Source: Podarcis melisellensis
Taxonomy: Eukaryota
Reading direction: 5' to 3' (one strand)
DNA: 64,000 nt
Assembly (NCBI GenBank): GCA_964234715.1
Contig: OZ174288.1
The position numbers and the translations under genes are program-made. The notes below the pieces were generated by a model. It saw only the letters and a program-made list of their open reading frames with translations. It had not been told where the DNA came from and made no database searches. Below, piece by piece: positions 37,576 to 51,408 of the stretch; the first letter of the stretch is position 1; every line of letters starts with the position of its first letter.

Positions 37576-38636
37576 CTTAACACAAATATGACCAGGATTA
37601 GCCTTCTGCAATCAGGGTTGGAGTGAGAGATGAGTAAGACACTTGTGAAGATCCATACTTTATATTGCTGACGTGTCCCTAAATTGTCTCCCAGTCTTCT
37701 GATGAGATACCATTGACCTTCTCCATTATGCAATACTGCTACCCTGGATTTTAAAGGGCATTACTTGACAGAAATTAGCTACTAAGCATGCTATATCAGG
37801 CCCATGTCAAGAGTAATTCAGAAAGGCCTCACTCAAAGCTACTTAGAAAGTAAGGGGTAGTTTCACTTAGGCAAAAACTTGTTCCCATAACTTATCTCCA
37901 ACTGGGATGAATCTTTGGGAGAATGAGCAAGGTGCTGAAAACATTTGAATGGGAATATACATTTTTCCTAGATGGGAGAAATGTTTTAGATTCTTGTGAA
38001 ACAATGTAGAGTTGGATGCTCCTGGGTGAGAACCTGATGTCACGGATTTTGCACACACAAACAGGTAGGAGGCAAGAGGGAAGTTGGTGTTGTATGCCTG
38101 GTTTGTATGATTTTTCCCCTTATAATATGGGGTTAATAAATATTTTGACTGCTGGCTGATAGGCTGTGGTAGGAGAGAGAAGTGATTAGTGCCTCAGGGT
38201 GAGAGCCTTTTGAGTGTGAGAGACAGGAGGGGAGCGTGTAAACATAAAACATAGGTCTGGCTTGAATGATAGCTGTTTTGATTCTTGCCTCAGGTTAACT
38301 GGTGTTCCAAACATATATTCTGTTTGATTGGTATTCTATGTCTCCCCCCCCCCCGATTTTTTGTTGTTTTGATTCATTTGTTGTATATTTATTTTGCATT
38401 TCGAAGTGTTGCTTTTTATTTGTTAGTGCTTTGTTACTGCTGTGAACCGCTTTGAGCTCAGGCTTGTGGTTGGCAAAACAGCATACAAATCTTAAATCAA
38501 ATCCAAATCAATTACTGAAGATATCAAGGAAGCAGCTTAGCTCTGCTGCCCATCACTTGTCAGTTTGTCAGCTCCTTTAAACTGTGCATTACAGTCACGA
38601 CTCGGCTTTCGACAGCAGTAATTCCTTCGCACTCAC

Positions 38637-38894
38637 CTTGCTGGGATAATAAAGGTGTGCTTGGCAAGGCAGGGTCATAGGTTGCCCCAGTGGGTGGAAC
38701 TGCTGGCACTGCAAAGCTCTTCAGAGGATGAGAAGGACGAACATGGGCAGTAGGGAGGCTTTGGCTCGTCTCCTCCTCCTGCGTACTGGGCAGATAAGAT
38801 CCTGTGGCACTTTCTGGCTCCTGGTGGTCAGCACAACATGTCTGAGATGAGGAAGCTGGCATGGTATCTGTGCTAGGTGTATTCCGAACAGATT
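38637..38894 (-). CDS. NEO1: NEO1 coding exon (P2 region)
   Basis: [21 protein letters not shown]...[14 protein letters not shown]...PLLSQQ; ag/gt borders; 258 bp. Confidence 0.96.
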
Positions 38895-40577
38895 CTGGGT
38901 TTGAAAAGAATATGAACATTCTCTTTTACTTTAACAAAACACTCCTGCTAGCACTAAACCAGCGTCTCTGAACATCCTTTCACCAGAGATGTTTGGTGGA
39001 GTTAGGTCACCTCACCAGTGAGATATATTCTCTAAACAATTGAGACAATGAACAAGTCATCCAGAGGTACACCTAGCCATTAAGCTGGTATTTAGGTAAT
39101 TCCACAGTCTGCTAGTAGGTTCTTCTGCTTTTCAAAGCTATCTTCTTCTGAAAAAGAGCAGCCATTTCCCCCCCAGAATGGTCTTACTGCCACACAAATA
39201 ACCAGTGAATTAAAACACAAACTGATTTACTTGGTTATCTAAAATTCCCTTAAATTTGCTTTGTACTCATCTGTCTTTGAGCTAGAGCACAATTTTCTTA
39301 ACTGGATGGTTCATAAGTAGTTGCATCTTATCTACATTTGTTACAAGATACTTCAATTCTGCCAATTTTCCTATTGCTTGTATAATTAATGAATATAATG
39401 GGTGCTCCAATGTAAGTTTTACTTTAGCCCACTATTGCAAAAGAAGAATAAAAAGCCATTAGTACTCTAATTAAACAAGGGGATTGCTCTTGCCACAAAG
39501 CTACTATGTTTTATCTGTTCACAGGCTTTATGAAGAGGCAGTGAATCATGCAAATCTAAATTATCAGCTAAAGAAACTAGATCAGCATCATGAAAAAATG
39601 GATCAAATAAATTATGTAAATTTAGAATATGCAAGCCACTAGAAAAATCTAATCTTGCTGAAGATCTGCAAATACCATATAAGAGTGGTAATCTTGGGAA
39701 TCCCACTTTTTTTTTTTGCTGTATTACAGCCTTGCACACATGCTCATCCATGCTTTACCCTTGCACACAAGGCTTTTATTGCAACAGCATTCATTTGACT
39801 TAAATGCTGTGTATAATAATTTTAGCAAGATAAAGGTCTCAGAAACAGGGTGGGTGTCTTATATGAGCTTGCCATAATATGCTTGAAAACTTAGCCACTG
39901 GCAAAAGAAGCATTCTGGTAATAGTAATAGTAGAACTATATTTACAATTCAGAACAATAAGCAACCTACAGACAGGAGTCCCAGAATTTATTTTACTTTA
40001 AGAATTCTAACAGTCTGTCACTCTAACTGCATGTTCTCAGGTTATTTCCCAAAGCGCGAATAACAGCAGCGCTGCATACACATAATAAGGTGCCTCAAGC
40101 TTTTAGGAGCTGGCTGAACCCCTCGAGAAGCAGCTATCAAAATTAAATATACATACTTCAGGAATGCAAACTAAGCCTACTTCTGTACTATCCTGCTGTT
40201 TAAACACAACTTACCAGTACCATAATAATGTTCAAACTGTGCTTGATTAAATGCCATCCACAGATTATACAGGGAGGGCAGGCGGGCCTTTGGAATAAAA
40301 CAACTTTAAAAGTAGTATTATTTTTCCTTTTGTAATCCAGATGCAAAGTTAGGATGGGATGATTCCAAATATGATAGGGGCATTGTTCATTCTTAAATTT
40401 ATTCCTGGGCATAAGAGCAGCAGCCAATTTCCTTCTTACTTGCAAGGTCTCTTAACCAACGTCGAACCAACAACCCTAGCCCCAGAGCTCAAAATGCTAA
40501 CGCTGTTATACAATTAAACATTTGGTCATGACTGAAAAGTAATGGTGTCGTCATTTTTAAACAAAGAAATCAAACAC

Positions 40578-41735
40578 ATGGAGGTCCCACTATCCACACA
40601 CTTGTTATGCAAAAATTCACTTATCTGAACACGAGGACCTGTGAGAATGATTTCCCCTAATGTTGCAATTTACAGTATTTCAAAAGAAAGCCCAATGTTC
40701 TCCTTCTGTGTATCTACACTGCCATGATCCTGCCCCCCATTACCCTCCCCAGATCTTCTTCCATCTCCCATTTACACTACTGATCTACTGCCTGTTCTTG
40801 GCAGCAGAGGCAGCCCTGTCCCATTTGCCCCTGGTTTTTGAACCAGTCCCCCCTCCCTTTGCCTGGATCTGGCCAGTGAGTCAGCCAACCAGCAGTGACA
40901 CTGCATGAGCCTGCGACAATAGCAGAATGAAGGCATGAAAGGGCCAAGCTTAGTGACATGCCAGAGTCTCCTCTGCTAGTACAGCTGCGGCCTTCTTCCT
41001 CCTCCTCCTCCTCCCTCCTCTTCTTTCCTCCTCTGGCACCGAGGAGGTGGGCCAAGGCTGAGAGCAAAGCTGAGATGGAGGTTGAGCCACTGCCCCTTAG
41101 CAAAGAAGCAGTGGAGAGCATGTCAGAGCCCAGCTCACAGAGTCAGCCAGGCCAATGAGGATGAAAAGGATGAAGAAGGGCTTGGCTTCCTCCTTGGCAG
41201 CCTTGCTGCTGCAGGAGCTGAGCAGATAGGTCTCATCACTGCAGCAGCCACTAGAGGAGTAGGAACCGGTGCTGCTGCTGGCTTTGGGCACCAGAGGAGG
41301 GAAGAGGAGGAGGTGGAAGGCACTGGCGGCTGCACCAACACAGAAGGCTTTGCCATGTTGCTCAGCTTGGCCTCTCTTACAAGTTCACATAGAAGTGCTT
41401 CTGACTCACTGGCCACATCCAGGCAAGGGGAGGAGGAAGGCAGACTGGTTCCAAAATAGCAGCAAAGGGGCAGGGCTATCACTGCCAAAACAGGTCAGCA
41501 GCGCAGATCAGAGGTGGAGGAAGATCTGTGGGAGAGTTACGGGGCGGGGGTCATGCTATAGATACACAGCAGGAAAATGTGATGCTCCTCCAGTCCTCTC
41601 ATTTTATCAGACTGTTGGGAAAGCAATGAGATGTTCCACACAGAAAACACTGGAAACAGTTGGCTCGTTATGCGAACACTTGCCCAACCAACCATTTCTC
41701 AGGAACATGTAATGTTCAGAAAGCGAGACTTGCAT
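40578..41735. mobile_element. Old Tigger-like element with internal long inverted repeat
   Basis: Arms ~40785-41050 and ~41280-41500 are reverse complements; degenerate Tigger-like ends. Confidence 0.5.
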
Positions 41736-42024
41736 GTGCATTTCAAGCACTTTTGCAGAACGGAAAAGGGAAAAAAAGATCACAAGACAGCTCAGTCCTA
41801 TACATATGCACTTAGAAATAAGTCTTTTTTGACCTAGCAGAACTTATTTCCTAGTAAATGGACTTAGGATTGCATCCTAAACAAATCTTTGGACATCTCT
41901 AGCATAATTATATAAACACCCATCCCTCCCCCTCACACAATCACAAAAATTGGATTTGAGTATGTCCCAGAAGTTCTTGTCTTTGCATCTTTTACTAATG
42001 GCTGCCCCAGGACATTCTTCTCAC

Positions 42025-42183
42025 CTGTGGAATTAGCCCTGTCTGAATGGGACACGGATGTGCCAACTGGCCATGGGTTTGCCTGGTGATGGAGATAGCT
42101 GCAGGTTGGAGAAGCGAGGCTGCCGGAGTGGAAATGATGGTGGGGGTTATCAAGGGAATGGATGGGATGAGCACTAATCACAG
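42025..42183 (-). CDS. NEO1: NEO1 53-aa cytoplasmic cassette exon
   Basis: [26 protein letters not shown]...DRANST; 159 bp, phase 1-1. Confidence 0.95.
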
Positions 42184-44989
42184 CTGCGAATGAATATAAG
42201 ACAGAAAAAATGCTTAACACACACCAACCAGCATGCATGCAGAAGTGCATCCCCACCCATTTCACAAAAAAGCACATTAAAAACCAGCACACTATCCTCA
42301 AGGTTCTGGAACAACAAAGTCCATTTTGCCATGACAGGCCATCTCTACACCCATTTGAAGGAATTAAGGAATTCCCCCATTTTTCCAATATTTATTTATT
42401 GCAGTTGAATCACTTCATAGCCAGGGTTCTCTGGGTGATTATATTTTAGAAAATCATATCCATGTTTTCTGTTGCATTAAACATGTGGGATTTGAATATG
42501 AATTCAAGTTATATAAACTGTTACAGAACAGAATTGAACTTCCTGAGCAAACAGGAATTCTGGTTGATTTGAGGAGAGACTCTGTGCATCTGATCTTAAT
42601 AAGAAACTGAGAATATTGCAAAACACTGAAGCTCACATTTTGGAATTTTGTACTGAGGTAGATTAATAGGAAGTCTGCAAGGGTAGTAAAAAGGATGAAC
42701 AACTGAATGGAAAACATCCCAGGAAATAAAACTATAAGCAAACCATCCTGGGGGAGGGGGGCGTAGAACAGAGTTAACAGTTAATGAAAAAGGCCTGGTG
42801 CCTATGTAATTATGAACCCTGCTTAAATTCTGGCCATGGTTTGCTGCTTTAATTCTTTTTAGCTTCCTAAACGTACAGTAAAACCATGGTTTATGCTTTG
42901 TGAATCAAACCTGTCACCATGACAAGTGTATAAGGAGGCACCAGCAAGAGAGGTTTGTCATCTGGCAAACAAAGAAATGGACTTTACCAAGGTCTTTTCA
43001 ACACACATGCAATCGTTTGCAAACCCATTTCAAATCATGGTTTCACAGCTTAGTTTGCAGCCAACCTTTAACCATGATTTAGGTACCATTCCTACTAATG
43101 CTCAACTCATTCCTTAAGTGCTGATCCTTATGCAGCCAAAACAGACATGCACAAGACGGAAATATCAACAGGCTTGGGGAAAAAACCCAAGGTTTGCACA
43201 AAAATCATCTCAGGGGCATGTGTATAGTGGAACTGGCTGGAAGTGGCAGGTGAAAAAGGTTACAGTTTGCTGTTTGCCTGAAGTGAGATAAATCACAAGC
43301 CTGGGTTTGAACATAACACTAAGCGAACCATGGCTTAGCTCAAAACAGCACTGCAACAGCAGGCCTGGAGAGAAAAAGCAAAGTGACCACAATCCTTTTC
43401 CCAGGAACATACACACTTGCTCCTTTGTTCTAATTATGGTTTGACCTAGCATTGTGTGCAAAATGCCTCTGCCTCCATCCCTCTCCTATTTCCTCCTCCA
43501 ATAGAAACAGGAGAAACCCTCCCCCCAAAAAGATGTTAAAAGGATAGAGGAGACAAAAAAGATATAAAAAGGACAGCGAAAACCATTTAATTGTCTAGAA
43601 ATGTCACTCCTGGTACATACTGAGATGCTACTTACTTCCAGGAATGGAAGCAAGACGTATCTATAGAGAGTTAATGGAGAAATCCAAGATTTAATGTAAC
43701 TGGGAATTGGTGCTAGCTTGTCTGCCCCAACCACAAGGGAGGGATACCCTCAAAAGCTAGCAGCAAGGAAAATAATTCCTACTCGAAATCTATTCTTGTT
43801 CAGTGTGAAACTTAAAGAAAAACTTACTATTGCAAATTACAAAGCATTGTAACACATTGCATTGTCCCCATACTCTAGTAGATTGAGGGGACTGAATTTA
43901 TGACAATCCTGTAATGTAATTCACACTGAATATTCTGGGTGGTTTACAGCAACCCCACAATGTTGTTCGGAGGTATTAGACCCCTACTGCATGTTGTGTT
44001 TAAGCTGAGAGATGACAACTCCTCTGCAGTGTTACCCAGTGTTTTTATCTGAACTTTGCAGACTGGACTGGGTGGGTAGCATACAACAAACCCACAGTGT
44101 GGATCACTGTTACACCTAAAGAGAATGTTGAGGGTCTGTGCTGAAAAACACTTTATGGCATCCCTGCAATGTCTATTAATAGTGTAAGTCAGAAATTGGG
44201 CTGAAGCTGATTTGGATTCACAGTAAAAAAAAAGGCCTATTACATCTCAGGTAGCCCAGGCCAAACCGAGCACGCATTTGCATGTTGAAGACTTAAGTAC
44301 CACTGACTTGCATTCAGAATGAAATACACTTCAAATTTGTTCAAAATCTATATATTAAAAAAATGCCAGACTCAGGTATTGCATGGACACCAGGAATACA
44401 CTGCAATGTTTTTCTGAGGGGCTCTGCTTAATGCTTAACTATGGCAAAGTTATGTTTTCATATTATCTAAGCAGAAGAGTTACACAGTACAAAAACAGTA
44501 AACAGAAATGCAAATAAAAACCAAATCCAACAGCAACAGACCACCATGGTAAAGGAAAACTGAAAACAGGAAAACTTAATTTTACACTGGATGCTCTACA
44601 TACAAATGTTTCTACATAGTGGTGGTGAATAACACATTAACCTTTTCACAGCTGCCAAGACTTCTGAAATAGATTTTTGGGTCAAAGTGACTAAGTGTGG
44701 GCACATTATTTCACAGTAGTTCATTTGTTCCAAATGTTGTTTCCTAAAGGGCTGTTGATGTCTCCAACCTTTCCTTTTTTTTTTTTTTTAGTAATCCGAC
44801 AACACTACCCTGAGGGACCGGACCACCATCTTTCCCCTTTGCTTTCTTCTTCCTGTCTTGTGATCTTTATTGTCTATATGCCTCTGTTCACCTTACCCAG
44901 CACATGGCTTATCTATACTTACCTTTTGCCCCACTCTTTCTAGGCAATGGTCTGCGCTTTAAAGCTTGATGTTGTAGCGCCCCCCCTTT

Positions 44990-46734
44990 TTTTGCTTCAA
45001 GACTTTCCCCATGAAAACCCACTTTGTAAAACCCACTTTGTAAAACAAACGGCTATTCGGGTTTATTGTGGATTTAGTTTGCTCTGATTCAGCTTTAAAG
45101 AGCAGGTTTTTGCAGAGAAAGCCTTGCCATGGCAGTGGCAGCAGAAGTGGCGGCAGCCTGCAAGGCCCTGTCATGCTGGCTGCAGTAGTGGTGGCCTGCA
45201 AGACCTTGCGGCAGTGGCAAAAGCAGCAACAGCCTGCATGGTCTTCTCACGGCGGTGGCAGTAGCAGCAGCTTGTGAGGCCTTGTGGTGGTGGCAGGAGA
45301 CGCTGGCAGAAGCAGAGGTGGCTGCCACAGCTTTTGCCACAGCCTCCCACTACCGCCATTTGCAGACCGCCACTTCTTGCCACCACGGCGAGGCCTCACA
45401 AGCCCCACTGCTTGTGTCACCATAACGCCTCACAGGCTGCCACTACTATTGCCGTCACCTCCTGTTGCCACCGCAAGGCTTCGCAGGATGTGGCTACCTC
45501 CATCACCTCCTGTTACTGCTACGAGTCCCCACCGTCCTCTGCGGCAAGGACTCCCAGGCCACCGCCACTTCTGATGCCAAAGCCTATTGCCACTGCAAGT
45601 CCTTGCAGGCCAATGCTGTTACAGCAGCCAGTTCCTGCCACCACTGCAAGGCCTTGCAGTCCAATGCCGCTGCCGTCATTCCCTGTCGCTGCCATGAGGC
45701 CTTGCAGGCCACCACTACTACTGTCACTTCCTCCCATTGCTGCCACAAGTCCTTGCAGGCCACCACTACTGCTGTCACTCTCTGTCACTGCTGCGAGGAC
45801 TTGCAGGGCGCTACTGTTTGTGCTGCCACCGTGAGGGCTTGCACTCTGCCACCACTACTGCTGCCATGTTCTATTGCCACCACAAGGCCTCGCACGCCCC
45901 TGCTACTGCCGTCACTCCCTGTCACCACAGTGAGGCATTGCAGGCTGCCACTGTTACTGTAACTGCCGTGTGGCCTTGCAAGCCACTGCCATTACTGCTG
46001 CCACTTTTTTCCACCAGTGCAAGGCCTCGCAGGCCACCACCACTACTGCCGCTACCTCCTATCGCTGCCATGAGTCCTCACAGGCCACTCCTGCTACTGC
46101 CGTCACTATCACCACTGCAAGGCCTTGTAGGCTGCCACCGCTACTGCCGCCAGCTCCCGCCACTGCCGTGTGGCCTCGCAAGTTGCCATTGATTGTTCCA
46201 CCACCACAAACACATACTGTGGTCATGGCAAGCTGCTTCTGCCTCCTAGAAGGTCTGCTTGCAGCCTGACAGTCCCAGATTGTTTGTATGCACTATGACT
46301 CATCACCATACTTTGGATTGTCCTGAAGGCCACCATTTGGTAGGCAAGCCCCAAATGTAAAGTTCTGTTGGGATGCATTCTGGCTTGCCTGCTGATGAAA
46401 CTGAGTGTGTGATGATTGATAATATTGTCATTTATCCGTTTTAGACCCCTAGGTAGTAGCAGTTGCCATGACATTGTCCTGTTCTGCTCTGTATAGTTCC
46501 ATCCTTATTTCAGACATTGTGGTAGATTGCAATGTTTAGCTGGTGATATTGTGAGGTTTAGCTGCTGATAACATTGAAATGTTTAGCTGGTAAGTTACTG
46601 TGATATTGAAAACCAGATATCGCCTAGTCCTTACACACATTGTGATTCGTGATATATTGCCAGCTCAAATATTATGAAATAATTATCACGACGTGAACTT
46701 CAAACCGGTTTTGGACGATATATCGCCCAGCCCT
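44990..46734. mobile_element. Degenerate hAT element carrying a ~45-50-bp minisatellite (45115-46190)
   Basis: Right end ATATCGCCCAGCCCTA (hAT-type TIR); left end not seen; repeated GCAAGGCCT(T/C)GCAGGCCACC units. Confidence 0.5.
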
Positions 46735-47289
46735 AATAAGTGGTGGTCATTTGACAATATTAGTTGGCCAACAGAAAGCAAATCTGACCTTAAAGACAGT
46801 GCAGAAATATAAGGACTACAAATACCTTAAATATAGTGGGGAAATGCTGTCAATTTCTGCTTAGTTTGTGCTTCAAAGTATTATGAAAAATACAACCCAG
46901 CCAGAAGTACCTATCTTTCTGAAATAAATTTTAAATAGATTGTGGGCTTAACATTAAATTTACAAAAATTAAAAAGCGGAAAATATAAAACGTGTACTAT
47001 TTTGCCAAAAGGCTATTTAGCATTCCTATCAGGTTGGCATCCAAATACTACTTTGGCATGGAAATACTGCAAGATTCAGTTCTGCCAGTTCTCTATTTAT
47101 AATCTTGATATTCTTTCCATAATTGTTATAATAATGCTAATGTTTCTTCTTCTAAACTTTCCTAGCATTTATTTCAAGTAGAAACAAGATTTTGTGCACA
47201 TTCATCACCCTACTCCCAGCAATACGGGATGGAATGTGAAATGTTTGACTCAAGGAAGCTTGGTGAGAAATAACTAAAGTTAGACTTAC

Positions 47290-47382
47290 GCTGAGGTGGT
47301 TGAGAATCAAATGGCATCATCATTTTTGGTCTCATTCCCCTTCTTCCTGCAAGTGTGGACATGCTATCCTCTGACTCATGCC
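47290..47382 (-). CDS. NEO1: NEO1 coding exon
   Basis: [31 protein letters not shown]; 93 bp. Confidence 0.96.
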
Positions 47383-47858
47383 CTAGGAAAAGAATGTATG
47401 CATCTATAAACATTTATGTCCATCATCTTTATATCAGATCATTAAGCAGGAAAAGGAAACAAGTCTTTCATACACACTCATTCTGATTACCAAGAGACTC
47501 TATTCTTAAGAACACTTTATAGTCTTCCTTTCTAGAAACATTATTCAAAGAGAATAGGGGCAGGGTTTGGTGCTGTAAAACCAAAATAAATTCTCACAAT
47601 AGATTTTTAAGTGATGCAAATAATGCTATTAGCAGAAATGCTATGCTGTATATTATGGGTTCCATTTTCTAACTGATTTACATGCAAATTGTAATAAATA
47701 TAAACCGAAGTGCAGCTACTACAACTTAGTCAATTGGCAAGTACTTAAACAATTACGAATCTCGACAAAACCCACCCTTTGCAATCTACAGGCCACAGTT
47801 GTCTAAGGATAATGAATAAATAGGATAATGAATAAACTTAGCATGATACTAAGCCCAC

Positions 47859-48097
47859 CTCTGTATGAGTTCCGTCTTTGGTGGATATTGCTGTCCATTG
47901 AGTTGTCAACTGGCGTAATGTCTTGGGAATTCCGAGGGATTGGGGTGTCTGTCATGATTGGATTAGGATCTGGAGATTTATCAATGGGTTTCAGCTCCAG
48001 TCTTTCATGGTGAATCCAAAGGTCAGGGGGTTTGACATCCTTAGAATTTCCTTTGTATTTATGTGACCCATTCACAGATTTGCATGCAGCTCGCTTC
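47859..48097 (-). CDS. NEO1: NEO1 coding exon (P1 motif)
   Basis: [36 protein letters not shown]...QRRNSYR; 239 bp. Confidence 0.97.
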
Positions 48098-48461
48098 CTT
48101 TGAAAGCCGTAAGAAAAATATTAGTGTATTCACAGGCTGGCATAAAACTACTGTTTTTTCTTCAGGTACTTAACTGACACATGCTTCAGCTTTTTGTGCA
48201 AGCAATTTTATTCTAGACACATCATGTATGTTATATTCTGATTCTATACTTGTATCCAAAAGGTGGAGGGTGGGGGCATGTATGATCCTTTCTTCTCCAA
48301 CACCCAGCCAACAATTATGGGAGGTTTCCTCATTTATTTTACCAGACTACTAAAATCATGTCTATTTAATATTCATGTTATTGACCCCAAGCAAAATCAA
48401 TGACCGCTAATTAAATCTATGCCCCTAAAAGATAGAACAAGTTGTTACCAAAGCATCTTAC

Positions 48462-48606
48462 TTTTTCTGGTGAGAGGTGGTGCGGCGTGTGCAGAAGACC
48501 GCAACAATTACCACCACAACAATGGTGATCACTCCCACAGACACTATTATTACCAACAGCATATTGTATTCCAAAGGAGAAGGGCTTCCATGAGGGCTGT
48601 TACTGC
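48462..48606 (-). CDS. NEO1: NEO1 transmembrane exon
   Basis: [48 protein letters not shown]; 145 bp. Confidence 0.96.
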
Positions 48607-49676
48607 CTAAAGAGGAAAACAAACATTATTTAATTATACATGGCAATGTATTGGGAGTTTTGAATCTAAGGCAAGGAATCTGTGGCCCTACAGATATTGT
48701 TCGAAGTCCCAGTGGCCTCATGGGGAAGGGGGGGTGGTCGTTCCGGGCGCAGTTTTTGGGAGAGCACATTTTGCTCCTCACACTACCCTGGAAGCCCCAG
48801 GCCACATTGCAAGGCTGACTGGGATCGGACGGTTAGATCCCAGCCTCACAGAGCCATGCAGGGCTGCCAGGACAGGCAGACAAGCAAAGGAGCACCTACT
48901 CTTCTGCCAGCCTCTGCTGCAGCACATGAGAAGAAATAGCACTCTCTTTCTTCAGTTGCTTCCCCGTGTAAATGTGGGCGAGAAAAAGCAATCTGCTTCC
49001 ATCCTGACCACACTGGGGTGGGGAGAGGAAAGAAGCAGTGCATTTAACAACAATGGAGTAAGGATGGAGGAAAGACAGAGTCACTGCACTTTCCGCCCAC
49101 TCCTTCACCACCAGCCAGCAGCATCCAGCAACATTGCCATTACACACCCCACTGGGCCCTTGCAACACTGGAAGCCACACTTCTAAGTGAGCTGGTGATG
49201 CTCTTGGGTTACACGGAGGCTGCCAGGGTGGTGCAAGTGCACCATGAAGCAGTGGCATGGGTGACAAGGGCTGGAATGGTGGGACAGGCTCCCTCTGCCC
49301 CACGCCCCTGCGTGTGCACGCATGAGCCCCGGGTGGCAGTAGCACATGCTAGGCCCTTGTAAAGTCCCATGGCTAGTGTAAACGATGATGGAAGTTTGGA
49401 ATCCAACATTTGGAGGACCACATGTTAGCCACCTTACATATAAGAGAACAGTCCCTGCATAAAGAGATTGTCTTGCTTCTGATAAAAGATTGGACATTAT
49501 AACTTGTACTGAAGAAAAGAACATGCTGTACTGTAGAGGTCACTTGCACTGCCAGGAATACTAGAGTGATTGTTTTCAACGTGACCCTCTCCTACATGGT
49601 TGTAAAGATGCTTTAACTTTTCTTTGAACATGTTATGATTTCCTTTCAACACCTTAGTCAGCAGAATTCTACTTAC

Positions 49677-49745
49677 CACTCATAGGTGTTTTATAGTCTG
49701 GCCCAACATCCACTGGCCGATTTCCTTTTCCTGCAGACCCCAATG
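49677..49745 (-). CDS. NEO1: NEO1 juxtamembrane exon
   Basis: [23 protein letters not shown]; 69 bp; tag/gtaag borders. Confidence 0.93.
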
Positions 49746-50187
49746 CTAGAAAACAAAATTGAAGCTGTGTCAAGCTACTTGCAGTTTATGCCTTATCTGT
49801 CTTTTTAAAACATAACTATTGTTTTTATATGGACAAGAACATATCCTAGACAGAAACACACATAGAAACAATCCAGGAAGATTGCAGGACTTTTCTAGAA
49901 GTGTCTATCCAACTATCTCAAGAACAGCTAGAACAACATTCATGCAAATGTATGTATGCATACACACAAAACTATAGAATAATCTGGTATCTTCTGTGAA
50001 GAAACAAACAAGCCACAGTATTCTAGTAATGTCAGAGCCCCCTAGTACTTAAGAGTTACATATGACCTGAATGGCTGAACTTCATAGAACTTTCCTATCA
50101 ATAGTTACCCCATAGAAGGCTATTAGAGATGAAAGGTGGGTGTTCTTGGGTGATGCTTACTGGGGGGTGGGGAAACTTCAGGAAATA

Positions 50188-50446
50188 CCATATTTTTTGC
50201 TCTATAAGACTCACCAAACCACAAGACGCACCTAGTTTCTGGAGGAGGAAAACAAGAAAAAAAATATTCTGAATCTCAGAAGCCAGAACAGCAAGAGGGA
50301 TCGCTGTGCAGTGAAAGCAGCAATCCCTCTTGCTGTTCTGGCTTCTGGGATAGCTGCACAGCTTGCATTCACTCCATAAGATGCACACACATTTCCCCTT
50401 ACTTTTTAGGAGGGAAAAGGTGAGTCTTATAGAGCAAAAAATACAG
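50188..50446. mobile_element. Tc1/mariner MITE, CCGTATTTTT family
   Basis: Inverse of 6070-6329; TA flanks. Confidence 0.88.
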
Positions 50447-51408
50447 TACCTGCTTGTAACTCAGTAGTAAGGGTATTGCATTTTGTTCTTCACAAGGTTT
50501 TGAAGAGAGGTAGATGCAGTGAGACATTACTTCTCTTCAAGAAGAACAAAGCAAGGCAATATCTAGCCTTTCCCCATGGATCACGGCATTTTTTTCAGAG
50601 AGCTGGGGAGAGGGAACATGATCTCATCTACTTCACCAAACATGAAGCAAGAGACTTTCCCCACTCTAGAGTTCTTTGTGGAGAATTCAGTGGGAGGATG
50701 CCTGTTGTGGCAGAAGCTTTCATGGATCTTGTGTGGAAAACACTTATTGCATCTTATGAGGTGGGCTCTGGCATGTTAAAATATATGCCACAAAATAATA
50801 AACTAAACTAAACGTCATGTCCCTGTTTTGAAGCATGCTAGCACAGCTATCACTCTGAAATTCAAACTAGTGGCAAATTGCATTTGCCTACTTGTAGTTG
50901 TGTGTGCGCATGCACACACAAACACAGTTTGAAGATTACACTGAACACTAACAGGATTAAGCCAAAGACCCATTTCATAGCGGTCAATGTGATACCTCCA
51001 GGAAGCACACAAAGTAGGACCCTACAGCAAAGGCACTCTTCTGCTCCCCGGCAACTGGTTTTCAGAGGCACACTGTTACCCCCAGTACTGGAAGCAATTG
51101 TGACTAGAAGCCATTGCCAGCTTTATCTTCCATGAACTTGTCTAATCCCTTTTAAAGGCTATTCAAGCTGACAGCCATCACTACATTTTGTGGGAATGAA
51201 ATATCTGAATACTTTCTTTTGTTACTCCCAAATCCTCCAGCATTCAGTTTCACTGAATACCAAATTCTAGTATTATTAGGGTATTTTTCCTATGCACTTT
51301 CTTCATGACCTGGGCTCCCTTGGAAAAAAGGGATGGAAATTAATCAATCAATTAATCAACCAAATACTTCTATCATGTCCCTCCTTACTTGGTTTTGTTC
51401 AAAGCTAA

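Noticed and set aside
45068-46269. Cys/Pro/Thr-rich ORFs resembling keratin-associated or mucin proteins
   Set aside because: Open in several frames with frameshifts; explained by the degenerate repeat
47805-47836. 16-bp tandem duplication beside a NEO1 donor
   Set aside because: Intronic slippage that leaves the splice site intact; no evident function
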